Below, piece by piece: positions 50,699-63,525 of a DNA stretch of 64,000 nt. Made by a program: the position numbers and the translations under genes. The stretch is from an uncultured Candidatus Rokubacteria bacterium (GTDB lineage Bacteria > Methylomirabilota > Methylomirabilia > Rokubacteriales > CSP1-6): NCBI GenBank assembly GCA_963789955.1, contig CAWBMV010000012.1:192001-256000 (forward strand), written 5' to 3'. Numbering within the stretch: the first letter of the stretch is position 1; each line of letters begins with the position of its first letter. Below the pieces are notes generated by a model. That model saw only the letters and a list, made by a program, of their open reading frames with translations, searched no databases and was not told the origin of the DNA.

Positions 50699-53066
50699 TC
50701 ACTCGGTCACGCCCTTTTCGCGCAGGAGCTTCCACACCTTCGCGGGCGTGATCGGGATGTCGATGTGCCGCACACCCAGATGCCAGAGCGCATCGACCAC
50801 CGCGTTGGCGATGGCGGCCGGTGCGCCGACCGTGGCCGATTCGCCGACCCCCTTGGCACCGAGTGGATGATGCGGCGAGGGCGTCACCGTGTGCCCGGTC
50901 TCCCACTTCGGCGTCTCCATCGCAGTCGGCAAGAGATAGTCGATGAAGCTCCCGCCCTGGATGTTGCCGGTCTCGTCGTACGAGATCTCTTCGAAGAGAG
51001 CCGGTGCCAGCCCCATCGTGAGGCCGCCGTGGACCTGGCCTTGCACGATCATCGGGTTGATGATGTTGCCGCAATCGTCGATCGCGACGAAGCGGCGCAC
51101 CTTGACCTCGCCGGTGCCCGAGTCGACGTCGACCACGCAGATGTAGCTGCCGAACGGGTAGGTGAGGTTCGGCGGATCGTAGTAGCTGACCGCCTCGAGC
51201 CCGGCTTCCATGCCCTGCGGATGATTCGTATACGCAGCAAAGGCGATGTCCTGAATGGTCTTCGACTTGCCGGGTGCGCCCTTGACCGAGAACTTGCCCG
51301 GCTCCCACACGAGATCGTCCTCGGCGACTTCGAGGAGATATGCGGCGATCTTCCGCGCCTTGTCGCGCACCTTGCGTGCCGCGACGGCTGCCGCGGCGCC
51401 GGCGACCGGTGTCGAGCGGCTCGCGTACGTGCCGAGGCCGTAGGGCGCGGTGTCGGTGTCGCCCTCCTCGACCTGGATGTCCTTCGCCGGGATGCCGAGC
51501 TCTTCCGCCAGGATCTGCGCGTACGTCGTCTCGTGGCCCTGGCCCTGCGACTTCGTGCCGAAGCGCGCGATGGCCTTGCCCGTCGGATGAATGCGGATCT
51601 CGCAGCTGTCGAACATCTTCAACCCGAGGATATCGAAATGCTTCGACGGGCCCGCGCCGACGATCTCGGTGAAGCTCGAGATCCCGATGCCCATCAGCTG
51701 GCCGCGCTTGCGCTTCTCGGTCTGCTCGCGGCGTAGGTCGGCATAGCCGATCATGTCCATCGCCTTCGTGAGCGCGCCGGCGTAGTTGCCGCTGTCGTAC
51801 TCCCAGCCGAGCGCCGACTTGTAGGGGAACTGCTCGGGCTTCACGAAGTTCTTCATCCGGAACTCGGCCGGATCGATGTTGAGCTGGTGGGCCATCAGAT
51901 CCACCATGCGCTCGATCGTGTGCACCGCCTCGGTCACGCGGAACGAGCAGCGATACGCGATGCCGCCGGGCGGCTTGTTGGTGTAGGCGCCGTCGACCTC
52001 GACGTGCGCGGCCTTGAGATCGTACGAGCCGGTGCACACGTGGAAGAGGCCCGCCGGGAACTTCGACGGGTTGGCGGCGGCGTCCGTGTAGCCGTGGTCG
52101 GCCAACGTCTTGATGCGCAGCGCGGTGAGCGTGCCGTCCTTCTTCGCCGCCAGCTCGGCGGTGATGTGGTAGTCGCGTGCGAACGAGTCCGCCTGCAGGT
52201 TCTCCATGCGGTCCTCGATCCACTTCACGGGCTTGCCGGTGAGCACCGAGGCCGCGACGGCGATGACGTAGCCGGGATAGACCGGCACCTTGCCGCCGAA
52301 GCCGCCACCGATGTCGGGCGAGATGATCCGGATCTTGTGCTCGGCCAGACCGACGTGCCCGGCTGACCAGCGCGAAGACCGTGCGGATCGCGTGCGGCGC
52401 CTGGGTCGTCATCCAGACCGTGAGCTTGTCCATCACCTTGTCGAAGTGCGCGACGCAGCCGCAGGTCTCGATCGACGCGACGTGGATGCGCGGGAGATAG
52501 ATGTCTTCCTTCACGGTGACCGCGGCTTCACTGAAGGCGCGATCGGTGGCGCCCTTGTCGCCCCACTCCCAGTGCCAGATGTGATTGTCCTTCTTGTCCT
52601 TCTTGTCGGTGCGCAGTACCGGCGCGCCCGGCTCGAGCGCTTTCCTGGGATCGATGACGACGGGCAGGGGGTCGTACTCGACCTCGACCGCCGCGGCGCC
52701 GTCGGCGGCGGCGTAGCGGCTCGTGGCGAGCACTGCCGCGACTTCCTGCGCCTGGTACATCACCTTCTCGACCGGCAGCACCATCTGCGTGTCCGACATC
52801 AGCGTCGGCATCCAGTGCAGGTTGTACTTCGCGAGGTCCTGGCCGGTGATCACCGCGAGCACGCCCTTGACGGCCATCGCCTTCGCGGTGTCGATCTTCA
52901 CGATCTTCGCGTGCGCGTGCGGGCTCCGGACGATGTCGAGATAGAGCATCCCCGGCAGCTGGACGTCGTCGACGTAGGTGCCTCTGCCGCGGATGAAGCG
53001 CGGATCTTCCTTGCGCCTGATCGAATGCCCCATGCCTCCGACTTCGGGCGTGGTCTTGAGGTCCAT
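50699..53066 (-). CDS. coxL: Aerobic carbon monoxide dehydrogenase large subunit, form I (frameshift near 52360)
   Basis: RKEDPRFIRG, AYRCSFR active-site motif (~51938-51958), QGQGHETT, GTYASRST, GAKGVGES. Confidence 0.93.
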
Positions 53067-53539
53067 TAGGCGCCTCCCTGCGAAATCGCGGCCGCCGCGT
53101 GCTGGACAGCCTTGACGATGTTCACGTAGCCGGTGCAGCGGCAGAGGTTGCCCGAGATCGCCCAGCGGATATCGTCTTCACTGGGCTTGGGGTGTTTCTT
53201 CAAGAAGGCGAAGCTGGTCATCAGCATACCGGGCGTGCAGTAACCGCATTGCAGCCCATGCTCGGCCATGAACCCTTCCTGCAGCGGATGGAGCTTGCCG
53301 TCCTGCTCGAGTCCTTCCACCGTCATCAGCTGCTTGCCCTGAGCCTGCACGGCGAAGATCGTGCACGACTTCACCGGTCGGCCGTCCATGAGGACGGTGC
53401 AGGCGCCGCAATGGGTCGTATCGCAGCCGATGTGGGTGCCGGTCAGCCGCAGTACCTCGCGGATCATGTGCACCAGCAGCAGGCGTGGCTCGACGTTTGC
53501 CTCGTGCTTCTCGCCGTTGACCGAGAGCTTCACCAGCAT
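53066..53539 (-). CDS. coxS: CO dehydrogenase small (2Fe-2S) subunit
   Basis: [28 protein letters not shown]. Confidence 0.93.
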   Translation of the reverse strand: MLVKLSVNGEKHEANVEPRLLLVHMIREVLRLTGTHIGCDTTHCGACTVLMDGRPVKSCTIFAVQAQGKQLMTVEGLEQDGKLHPLQEGFMAEHGLQCGYCTPGMLMTSFAFLKKHPKPSEDDIRWAISGNLCRCTGYVNIVKAVQHAAAAISQGGA

Positions 53540-53543
53540 CGTC

Positions 53544-54419
53544 TTATCTCCTGCTCCCGGCGCGCTCGACGGCTTTGCGGAGCGCGCGGGCTGTCAGTAC
53601 GCGGACGAGATCCTTCTTGTACTCGACGGAACCGCGCAGGTCGGCCGAGGGTTCCGCCGCCTGGGCGGCGAGCTCGGCGGCCTGCTTGATCGCCGACTCG
53701 TCCAGCGCTTTGCCTTTCAGGGAAGCCTCAGCCTTCGTGGCCTTGATCGGCGTCAGGCCCACGTTGGTCAGCCCGATGCCGACCTGCTCACAGGCGCCGT
53801 TCGCACCGAGCGTCACCTGCACCGCGACCGCCGCCGTGGCGAAGTCGCCGACCTTCCGCTCGAGCTTCAGGTAGGCGCCGCCGCTCCGCGCGGGTGGGAC
53901 GGCGATCCGGATCTCTACGAGGATCTCGTCGGGCTTGAGGCCGGTCTCGAACGGACCCGTGAAGAATGTCGCGATCGGCATGCGGCGTTCGCCCTTGGGA
54001 CCGACGGCGACGATCTCGGCGCCGAGCGCCAGCATCGTGGCCGGATGATCGTTGGCCGGGTCGCCGTGGGCGAGGTTGCCGCCGACTGTCGCCAGATTTC
54101 GCACGATCGGATCCGCGATCACCTTCGAGGTGTCGTGAAGGAGGGGATAGCGGGTCCGCACGATCTCCGATTCCTCGAGATCGGACTCACGGGTCAGCGC
54201 GCCGATCCGCAGAAACCCGTCGGCTTCTCGGATGCCCGACAGCCCGGGGATCGCGTTGATGTCGACGAGATGGGCCGGGCTGGCGAGTCGGAGCTTCATC
54301 AACGGAATGAGGCTCTGGCCGCCCGAGAGGACCTTGGCGTCCTCGCCGAGCTTCGTCAGGAGCGCCGTCGCCTCGTCGATCGTGCTGGGGGCGTGATACT
54401 CAAAGGCAGCAGGAATCAT
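53544..54419 (-). CDS. coxM: CO dehydrogenase medium (FAD) subunit
   Basis: [40 protein letters not shown]. Confidence 0.93.
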   Translation of the reverse strand: MIPAAFEYHAPSTIDEATALLTKLGEDAKVLSGGQSLIPLMKLRLASPAHLVDINAIPGLSGIREADGFLRIGALTRESDLEESEIVRTRYPLLHDTSKVIADPIVRNLATVGGNLAHGDPANDHPATMLALGAEIVAVGPKGERRMPIATFFTGPFETGLKPDEILVEIRIAVPPARSGGAYLKLERKVGDFATAAVAVQVTLGANGACEQVGIGLTNVGLTPIKATKAEASLKGKALDESAIKQAAELAAQAAEPSADLRGSVEYKKDLVRVLTARALRKAVERAGSRR

Positions 54420-54531
54420 CGTGGGGTCCCCTTCCAGGTCGGCCGTCGTCTGAAACTGAGCGCACGCTACCGAGCGGCGTCAGCCATGTCAAGCCGACGC
54501 CACCCGCGTCGCGAGGACGAACCGGCGCGGA

Positions 54532-55972
54532 TCAGTGATCGTGGCCGATGGCTTTGTGCAGCTCGGCGATCGGCACGATACGTCCGTGGAGCGGCAGCAC
54601 CTGATCGACCGCGAGGTTCAGGCGCTTGAGATTCTCCGACGAGGTTCACCGTGAACGGATTCGCCGCCGGGGGCGGCGGCGCGTTCGCGGCCAGCGGCGT
54701 GTAGGCGTCGGCTTCGACGAGGATCTTCTCCTTGGGCAGGTACGCCATGATCAGCCCGGAGTGGTGCGTGTTGCCGGCGATGTGCAGGAGCTCCACGGTG
54801 CGCGTGCCGTCGGTCAGCACGCGCTTGTCGCGCATGCCCTCGACCACGCCCTTCTTGCCGGACTTCGCCAGCCGGTCGGGGCGCACGGTGGCCGGCGCGG
54901 CCAGCGCCTTCTCGAGGAACGCCTTGTTCACGTCGTGGGCGATGACGGTCACGCCCTCCGCCGCGATCGCGCGGAGCCCGCCGGAGTGATCGAAGTGGTG
55001 ATGCGTCGCGACCACGTACTTGATCGGCTTGCTCGGCACGAGGCTCTTGACCTCGGCGAGCACCGCGGCCGCGCGATCGTCGTTGAGGGGACTCTCGACG
55101 AGGATCGCGTGATCCTTCATCTCGATCAGCGCGCTGTTGTGGCTGCCGCCGCTCAGAAACCAGACCCCGTCCGCCACCATCTGGGTCGTTACCCGCGCGT
55201 AAGGCGTTGGCGTCTGGCGGATCGGGTCGGGCACGGACGAATCGACGGCGACGTTCGGCTGGACGTCGTTCACGGTCAGCTCGAGCGCGGGGTAGTCCGC
55301 CGATCGTCTGCTTGATCTTCGTCGGGAACTTCACGCCGCCGAAATCCTTGTACTCCGAGTACCGGATCTCGACCGGGACGTCGCCGAGCACGGCGTGGGG
55401 AGCGACCGCGTCGATCTTCTCCACCAGATTCTGACCGTCGACCGTGGCCTTCACGCGGAACTTCCCGGGCACGGCGAACGAGATCGCGCGGCCCTGCACG
55501 GAGGCTTTGTTGGCCATCGCCGCCTTCACGACGCCGTGGGGCGTCGTCCACAGCTGGAGCTGCCGATCGATCAGCGCCACCGGCGTCGGGTTGACTACGT
55601 CGCCGAAGACGTTCCAGGCGAAGTCACCGCCCATCGACGAAGATCTGACGTTGCTCGCCGCGGACCGGCTGGCCGCCGCCGCCGCGCGGCGGGTCTTCGC
55701 CCTGCAGGCGCACGAGCTCGTCGCGCAGCGCGGGTGCTGTCGTAGCTCGCCGGCGCGTGTAGCTCTTGACGACGAACCGAGGCCACGGAAGATCCGGGCT
55801 GTAGTTCTGGCCGACCTGAAAGTTCATGCCCGTGCCGGAATACTGGATCGACTTCACACCGGCAGCGCCCATCGCCTTCGCCACGGCGTCGAGCGACGCG
55901 TCCTGCGCGGTGGCAGCAAGGGGAGAAAGTAGGACGATCGACGCCGGCAAGCCTGCTCAGGAAAGTGCGCAT
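54532..55972 (-). CDS. Secreted MBL-fold metallo-hydrolase (several frameshifts)
   Basis: Signal peptide; THHHFDHSGG, LVEADAY, PLHG; ends AIGHDH*. Confidence 0.75.
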
Positions 55973-56110
55973 GCAGAGCCTCCTGGGCGACTGGGTTGTG
56001 CAACGGGGATGGTGGCGGGATGCTAGCAGCGCCTGCGGCTGGCGTCAAACGCCGGAAGCGCGTAAAGTTCGCCTCGCAGCATCACTTCGTCGCCTCGAAA
56101 GGAGCAGACC

Positions 56111-56443
56111 GTGAGCACACAAGCCGCCGTCCCTACCGCCCGTGAAGTGGTCCGAGGTGTCGCGCCGAAGCTCATCGACCTGAGCGAGAAAGTGCTCTTC
56201 GGTGACGTCTGGGAGCGCCCCGGACTCTCCAAGCGCGATCGCAGCTTCATCACCGTCGCGGCGCTCATCGCCATGTACCGGACCGATCAGCTGCCGGGGC
56301 ACCTGGAGCGCGCCCTGACCAACGGTGTTACGCGTGAGGAAATCGGCGAGATCATCACGCATCTCGCGTTCTACGCCGGCTGGCCCGCCGCCATGACCGC
56401 CGGCACGATCGCCCGCAAGATCTTCGACGCGAGGAAGCCATGA
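56111..56443 (+). CDS. Carboxymuconolactone decarboxylase family protein
   Basis: LFGDVWERPGLSKRDRS, HLAFYAGWP. Confidence 0.9.
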   Translation: MSTQAAVPTAREVVRGVAPKLIDLSEKVLFGDVWERPGLSKRDRSFITVAALIAMYRTDQLPGHLERALTNGVTREEIGEIITHLAFYAGWPAAMTAGTIARKIFDARKP

Positions 56444-57381
56444 AGATCGGGTTTATCGGTCTCGGCACGATGGGACGCCACATGGCGTCCAATCTCATGA
56501 AGGGTGGCTATCAGCTCGTCGTCAACGACGTGCGGCGCGAAGCGGCGGCGCCCCACCTGAAGGCCGGCGCAACCTGGGCGGACACGCCGCGCGCCGTCGC
56601 CGAGGCGACGGACATCGTGTTCACGTCGCTGCCGGGACCGGTCGAGGTCGAGGCGGTGGCCCTCGGCGAGCAAGGACTGAGCGCGGGGCTCACGGCCGGC
56701 AAGATCTATTTCGATCTCTCGACCAACTCGCCGGCGCTCGTGCGGAAGATCCACGAGATCTTCAAGCAGCGCGGCATCCACATGCTCGACGCACCGGTGA
56801 GCGGCGGCCCGCGCGGCGCCGAATCGGGCCGGCTCGCGCTCTGGGTCGGCGGTGACGAGGACGTCTTCAAGGGCAACAAGTCGGTGCTCGACGCGATCGG
56901 TGATCAGGCCTACTACGTCGGTCCGATCGGCGCGGGCTCGGTGGCCAAGCTCGTCCACAACTGCGCCGGCTACATCGTCCAGACCGCGCTGGCCGAGGTG
57001 TTCACGATGGGCGTCAAGGCGGGTGTCGAGCCGATCGCCCTGTGGAAGGCCGTGCGGCAAGGCGCCGGCGGCCGGCGCCGGACGTTCGACGGGCTCGCCG
57101 ATCAGTTCCTGCCGGGCAAGTTCGATCCGCCGTCGTTCGCGCTGCGGCTGGCCCACAAGGACGTCACCCTGGCGACCGCGCTCGGGCGCGAGCACAAGGT
57201 GCCGATGAAGCTCGCCAACATCACGCTCGAGGAGATGACCGAAGCGCTCAACCGCGGCTGGGCCGAGCGCGACTCGCGCGTGGCGATGCTCCTGCAGGAA
57301 GAGCGGGCCGGCGTGCAGATCAAGGTGACGGAAGAAGCGATCCGGGAGGCGCTGGGGATCGACAAGACGCCACCGCGCTGA
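56440..57381 (+). CDS. 3-hydroxyisobutyrate dehydrogenase-like NAD(P)-dependent oxidoreductase
   Basis: GFIGLGTMG, DAPVSGG, AKLVHN, FALRLAHKD. Confidence 0.9.
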   Translation: MKIGFIGLGTMGRHMASNLMKGGYQLVVNDVRREAAAPHLKAGATWADTPRAVAEATDIVFTSLPGPVEVEAVALGEQGLSAGLTAGKIYFDLSTNSPALVRKIHEIFKQRGIHMLDAPVSGGPRGAESGRLALWVGGDEDVFKGNKSVLDAIGDQAYYVGPIGAGSVAKLVHNCAGYIVQTALAEVFTMGVKAGVEPIALWKAVRQGAGGRRRTFDGLADQFLPGKFDPPSFALRLAHKDVTLATALGREHKVPMKLANITLEEMTEALNRGWAERDSRVAMLLQEERAGVQIKVTEEAIREALGIDKTPPR

Positions 57382-57441
57382 CGCGCGGCGATTCCAAGCG
57401 GAGCGTATGAGCCGGCGGCGCGTTACGCGCCGTCGGCGTCC

Positions 57442-57974
57442 TCACCTGGGCGTGAAGAAGTAGTAGTCCGCGGTGTAGTTGATGCGCGCCGGCGTCCCGG
57501 CGACCGCTTGCGAGCACCCGGTCGGCAGGGGCCGACGCCGCCGGCGGTATTGACGCGCTGGATGCTCCTGACCTTGCTGAACGAGCCGTCCGGGCCGACG
57601 GACTTCGCGGCCAACAGCAGCCAGGGGATCGCGTCGCTCGTCGGGGCGTTGGCACGCTCCTTCACCGTCCCCAAGATCTTGCTGCCATCGGTCGATTCCC
57701 AGTGCGGGCCTGCATAGTGCTTACCGGTCTTGTTCCCGCGCGCGTCGAAGAGATCGGCTTCCGGAGCCACGAACGCCCATTCGTATCCTCCAGCTTGATC
57801 CTTCTTCGCCAGGCATTCGTAGATCTGCACACCCTGTGCCCGCACGATCATCGACAACGACTCCGTCATGGCAGGCTTGAGCTTGTCCGGCACGCTGATC
57901 GTCGACGTCGGACCGGCGCAGGCGCCGACGAGAAGTACGAGCGAGACGGCGGTGACCCTGGTTGTTCTGGACAC
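57442..57974 (-). CDS. DUF3455 family lipoprotein (frameshift near 57530)
   Basis: LVGAC lipobox, AQGVQIYEC, APEADL, HYAGPHW, IPWLLL, QRVNTAGG, YTADYYF. Confidence 0.8.
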
Positions 57975-57979
57975 GTGAC

Positions 57980-59660
57980 TCAGAACGCGTCGGGCGCGGC
58001 GGCGATCGCGTCGAGCTCGGCGCGCGTGTAGGCGCCAAGGCTCTTGAAGTTCAGCTCGGTGTAGTTCTTGATCCAGCGCATCGCGATTTTCAACGCCTTG
58101 CGATAGCGCTCGTGAGTCTCGGCGCCCTGGCGTCGGGTGAGGATGTCGGCGAGCTCGTCGTTGAGCAGACGCTTGACCAGCGCGAAGTCGTGCTGCGTAC
58201 CGGTTCCGGTCTCGCGCGTTTTGTGGATGATCCGCTGCGCGATCTGCGCGACCGACATGCGCCCGGTCGCGAGGTCTTCCATCAGCGCGGGGTGGATGCC
58301 GGGCTTGCCCTCGAGGCTGTCGATGCCCTTGGCGCCGCGGCCGCCGAGCCAGCCCTCGACGTACTCGATGAGCATCCGCGCGTTGCGCCGCGTCCCCTCG
58401 ACGGTGATCGGGCCTTCGGGCGTCTTGATCGCGACCGGATAGTTGTCCGGGTTCGCCATCTGGTCGGTCGGCTTCCAGCCCGAGCCGATCAGCTTCTTGA
58501 ACGGATCGCCGGCGGTCTTCATGTGGAAGATGTGCGCGACCCAGCCGCGGATGAAGCCCTGCTCGGCCTCCCACTGCTTGTCCCCGCGGATCGCCTCGGC
58601 GGCGGCGCGATTGACCTCGGGGTCCTGGCTCGGCAGCGCGGTGGCCATGCCGCCGATCGGGACGGCGCCTCGCTTGAGGCTGATCGCCACGAGCCGGCGA
58701 AAAATGTTCGCCAGAAACGGCGTGGTCTTGATGTCGACGCCGAAGCGGTCCGGCCACACCTGGGCCGGGATCGGTCATCACGAACTCGAAGATCGAAGCC
58801 TTGAGGTCCCAGCGGGCGGCGTTGAGCCCGGCCGCGTACGGGCCGAGCTCGTACAGCATCTCCTCCATCTCGTACACGCACGGCAGTGACTCGACCAGCA
58901 CGACGGCGCGAATCGTCGCGCGGGCGAGGAACGGGAGCTGTCGCTGGCTCAGGTCGAACAGGTCGCGGTACCAGCGCGCCTCGGCGGCGGCTTCGAGCTT
59001 CGGGAGATAGAAGTAGATGCCCTGGCCGCGGTCGGCCTGAGCGCGCCCGGCGTAGAAGAGCGTGAGGGCGGTGCCCAGGAGCGCCGCGTTGACCGGCTTG
59101 CCGTCGATGGTGACGTCCGGCTCGTCGAGATGCAGCCCGCGCTCGCGGTGCATGAAGAACGGCAGATCGCCGTCGGCGATCTTGTAGTTCCGGTTCCGCT
59201 CCCGGTCCACGAACGTGAGCTCGCGGTTCACGGCGGCCAGGCGGTTGTGCGCGGAGCGGACGGTGTCGATCAGCCGATGGCCGCCCGAGTCTTCGTCGTC
59301 GTCCAGGTCGCCGGCGGCGCGCTCGCCCTCGGGCCCGGGATTGAGCGCGTTGATGAACATCGACGTGATCGAGCACGGCCCCGAGATCTCGATGCCGGGG
59401 ATCTTCAGATCGTCGGGCACCGGCGGCACGCGCCAGGTGCCGGTGTTGGCCTCGCTCGTCGGCGGATGACTCGGCGGGACGTGCTGCTTCAGCGCGCGCT
59501 CGAGGACCGCGAGCCGTCGCGCGCGAAGCTCGTGCGCGCGCGCGTCCAGCTGATCATGGAGTCGCGTCAGGTAGTCGCCGAAGGCGGGCGTGAACAAGGT
59601 CGCGGCCCCTTCGACGGGGGCGAACTTCACTCGCGTAGACACAATCAAAACTTTTCGCAT
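57980..59660 (-). CDS. Malate synthase, divergent (frameshift near 58765)
   Basis: YFYLPKLE, VLVESLP, GLNAARWD, IGGMA, GWVAH, LMEDLAT. Confidence 0.8.
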
Positions 59661-59727
59661 GGCGACGGCGCGGCTGTCAATGGCAGAATGCCCGCAGCTT
59701 TCCGGAATGGTCAGACGATTTCGCGGC

Positions 59728-60114
59728 ATGGGCAAGGGGCGCAAGACCCGCCGCGCCCTCGAGCGTGGGGGCACCGGGCCGGCACAGCGACTGAACGAGA
59801 CGGTCGCCCGCTGGACCGGCGTCCGCATCACGCCGATGTTCGGGCGCTGGGGCTACTTCGTCGGCGACACGCTCTTCGCGTGTTTTCCGGTCCGCGAGAA
59901 GGAGCGCGATCTCTGGATCCGGCTCACGGCCGACGATCAGCGCCGCGCGCTCGCCGACACGCGCGTTCGCCCGCACCGTCGCTTTTCCCGCAAGGGATGG
60001 ATCGAGCTGGACGTCGAAGCGATCGAGGACATGGGGCGGGCGGTGCGCTGGCTCAGGCGCGGTTACGTGGCCGCGGGGCGCGGCGTGCCGGACGACTCGG
60101 AGGGCGACGACTAG
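59728..60114 (+). CDS. TfoX-N/MmcQ-like small protein
   Basis: PMFGRWGYFVGDTLFA, KGWIEL, WLRRGY. Confidence 0.5.
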   Translation: MGKGRKTRRALERGGTGPAQRLNETVARWTGVRITPMFGRWGYFVGDTLFACFPVREKERDLWIRLTADDQRRALADTRVRPHRRFSRKGWIELDVEAIEDMGRAVRWLRRGYVAAGRGVPDDSEGDD

Positions 60115-61404
60115 GACGCGGCGTCCAGAGGCTCTTGGCGTCGATGTCGGTCGAACTTGACCAGCGGCATGAGCAGCCAGGTCAGCGCCGTCATCGCGGC
60201 CGCGATCCACACCAGCCATTCGTAGCCGACCACTTCGTAGAGACGGGCCCCCACGTTCTCGGAGAGCTGCACGCCCAGGTTGTAGACCGACATGAGCGCG
60301 GCGAAGAACGTCGCCTCGACCCGCGGCGGGCACGCCTTCGCGGCGAGGTCGAGGAAACGCGAGGTTGATGATCATGCTGAGCGCGCCGAACGCGACCGTG
60401 ATGATCAGCGCCGAGATCGGGCCGCGATAGAGGAGATACCCGAGAGTCGTCACGATCACGCCGAGCGCGATCGAGAGATGCATGATGCGCTTGAGCGGTA
60501 CGCGCCGGGACAGCGGGGCGTAGAGCAAGGCGCCGACGACGCCCGTTACGGAGCCCAGGGCGGCGAGCCGGCCGATGAACTGCTGGCTGAACTCGAGGGT
60601 GTCGGTCTGATAGTAGAGGAACGCGGGCCCGAAGGACGGGCTGAACCAGAAGAAGAAGATGAATCCCGCCACGACCCAGACGTCGCGGGCTTTGACCGCG
60701 GCCCAGATCGCCCGCGACGTCTCGAGAAAGGCGGCGCGGTTCGCGCGCGCGGGCGTCTCGCGCACGAACGACACGCCCATGGTCAGGGACATCAGCGGAA
60801 AGCACGCCGCGAGGAGCAACGCCGCGCGCAGGCTGCGCGTTTCCGCCATCTGGCCGCCGATCTCGCCCACCAGCACGGACGCCAGCGTGATGCACGCCCA
60901 CTGGACGGACTGAAACGAGCCGGTGAGGCCGAGCGGGCGTCCGCTCTCGACCATCATCGCGTCGGTGAGCACGTCGGTGAAGGCGAGGCCCAGCGCCATC
61001 ACCGTGAAGAGCCCGACGCCCTCGATTACCGTGAACGTGAGCCCGAAGAGGTCGAACGTCCAGATCTGTCCGGTCGCGATCCAGTTGCCCCACGCGAGCA
61101 AGAGCCCGGCGAGGCCCGCGACCGCGGAGGTGAGCAGGAAGTAGCTCTGCCGCCGCCGCCCGAAGAGCGGGACGAAGTCGGACAGGAGCCCGTACAGCGG
61201 CTTGATGACCCACGGTATGAGCGTGATCAGGCCCAGGTCGGCCACCTGGCTCGCGGTGAGGCCGCGGTCCTTGAGCACGATCGTGATGGTCTGATTGGGC
61301 AGGTACCACATGCCCTGGGCGAAATAGACGACGCCGAACAGGACTGCGAGCCGCTTCGCTTCTCGTGTCTTGAACGGGTTGAGCCGCGCGAGCGAGGCGC
61401 GCAT
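60111..61404 (-). CDS. MFS transporter, BT1 folate/biopterin family (frameshifts near the 3' end)
   Basis: YFAQG, PWVIKPLYGLLSD..PLFGRRRQSY, DVLTDAMMVE, QSVQW. Confidence 0.85.
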
Positions 61405-61434
61405 CCGCGGTCATGATACCTTTGGTCGCACGCC

Positions 61435-63476
61435 ATGCTGTCGGTTTGTCCTCACGATTGTCCCTCGTGCTGCAGCCTCGTCGTGACGGTCGACGACGGT
61501 CGGCTCACGTCGGTCACCGGCAATCCTGAGCATCCGTTCACCCGGGGCGTCATCTGCGGCAAGGTGCGCGAGTACGCCGAGCGCGTTCACTCGCCGCTGC
61601 GCGTGCAGACGCCGTTGCGCCGGGTCGGTCCCAAAGGCGCGGGTGCAGCTCGTCCCGATCTCGTGGGACGAGGCCGTGGCGACGATCGCCGAACGCTGGC
61701 GGGCGATCATCGCGAGCCGACGGCGCCGAGGCGATCCTGCCGTTCTCGTACGCGGGCTCGATGGGCCAGGTCCAGTACTACGCGGGCCACCCGTTCTTTC
61801 ACGCGCTCGGCGCCAGCCGGCTCGACCGCTCGATCTGCGTCACGACGGCGTACGCGGGCTGGCGGGCGACCGTGGGGGCCGTCACCGGCAACGACTCCGA
61901 GCAGATGGTCGGGGCGGACCTGGTCGTGCTCTGGGGCGTGAACGCGTCGTACTCGACGATCAACGTGATGACGCTCGTGAAGCAGGCGCGGGCGCGCGGC
62001 GCCCACGTCGTCGCGATCGACCCTTACCGGACTCCCACCGCTCAGCAGGCCGACGAGCACTTGATGGTGCGGCCGGGCACCGACGCCGCGCTGGCGCTGG
62101 CCGTCATGCACGTGCTGGTGGCCGAGGGCCGGGTCGATCGCGCGTACGTCGAGCGCGCGACCCTCGGGTTCGATCGGTTCGCCGAGCACCTGCGGGCGTA
62201 CTCGCCCGAGACGGTCGCGCCGATCGTGGGGCTCGACGCCGAGACGATCGTGCGCTTCGCGCGCCGCTACGGCGCCTCGCCGCGGACCTTCATCCGCATC
62301 GGCATCGGTCTCTCGCGTCACGAGAACGGCGCGATGACGTGCCGAACGCTCGCGTGCCTTCCGGCGCTGACCGGTGCGTACGCCGATCCGCACGGTGGCG
62401 CCTTGCTGTCGAGTGGTGGCGCGTTCGGCTTCGACTACGCGGTGCTCGAGCGGCCGGATCTGATGCCCACGCCCGCGCCGCGGATCATCAACATGATCCA
62501 GCTCGGTCGCGCCTTGACGGATCCGGCCATGACGCCGCCGGTACGCTCGCTCTACGTCTACAGCTCGAACCCGGCCGCCGTCTGCCCGGACCAGACGCGC
62601 GTGCTCCGCGGGCTCGCGCGCGAGGACCTGTTCACGGTGGTCCACGAGCAGGTGATGACCGATACGGCGCACTACGCCGACATCGTGCTCCCGGCGACGA
62701 CCTCGATGGAGCACCTGGACCTCTACCGCTCCTTCGGCCAGTTCACGGTCCAGCTCGCGCGACCCGTGCTGCCGCCGCAGGGTGAGGCCAAGTCCAACTG
62801 GGAGGCGATCGGGCTCCTGGCCCGCGCGATGGGCGTGGCGGAGACGCACTACGCGAAGGGCGACGAGGGGCTCATCCGCGAATTTCTCTCGAAGGGCGAT
62901 CCCAGTGTGCGCTCCATCACCTGGGAACGGCTCGTGCGTGACGGGTGGGCGAGGGCGGAGCTCCCGCGGCCCTACATGCCGTTCGCCGACGGCGCGCCGA
63001 CGCCGTCAGGGAAGGTGGAGTTCTATTCCGCCTGGCTCGAGCGTCAGGGGCTTCCCGCGTTGCCGACCTACGTCCCGCTCGCCGAAGGCCCGGACAATCG
63101 CGAGCTGACGGCGCGATTCCCGCTTCAGTGCATCGTGCCGCCCAACCGGTTCTTCCTGAACTCGTCGTTCAGCCAGTCCGAGCTTCTCCGGCGGCGTCAA
63201 GGCGCGGCGACGGCGATGCTGGCGGCGACCGACGCGTCCGCACGGGGCATCTCTGACGGCGACAGCGTCCGGGTCGAGAGCCCGCGCGGGGCCGCGCGCT
63301 TCACGGCGCGCATCACGGACGCCACGCGTCCCGGCGTCGTCGTGATCGAGGGCATCTGGTGGCATCGCTTCTCGCCGGGCGGGCTCGGGGTCAACGCGCT
63401 CACGAGCGATCGCGTCGCCGACCTCGGCGGCGGGCCCGCGTTTCACTCCAACCTCGTTCAAGTCTCCAAAGCGTAG
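61435..63476 (+). CDS. Molybdopterin (bis-MGD) oxidoreductase, YyaE-like (frameshifts near 61640-61720)
   Basis: CPHDCPSCC..C Fe-S motif, RPGTDAALAL, NPA, TDTAHYADIVLPA, TPSGKVEF, FLNSSF. Confidence 0.88.
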
Positions 63477-63525
63477 CGGCGCCGTCCGAGCTCGGAGAGC
63501 CGGCGGGGCGGTGCGGAGCTCTGGA

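Noticed and set aside
57423..59831. 802-aa malate synthase-DUF3455 fusion
   Set aside because: Produced by a frameshift near 58765; the malate synthase ends at 57980 and DUF3455 has its own signal peptide.
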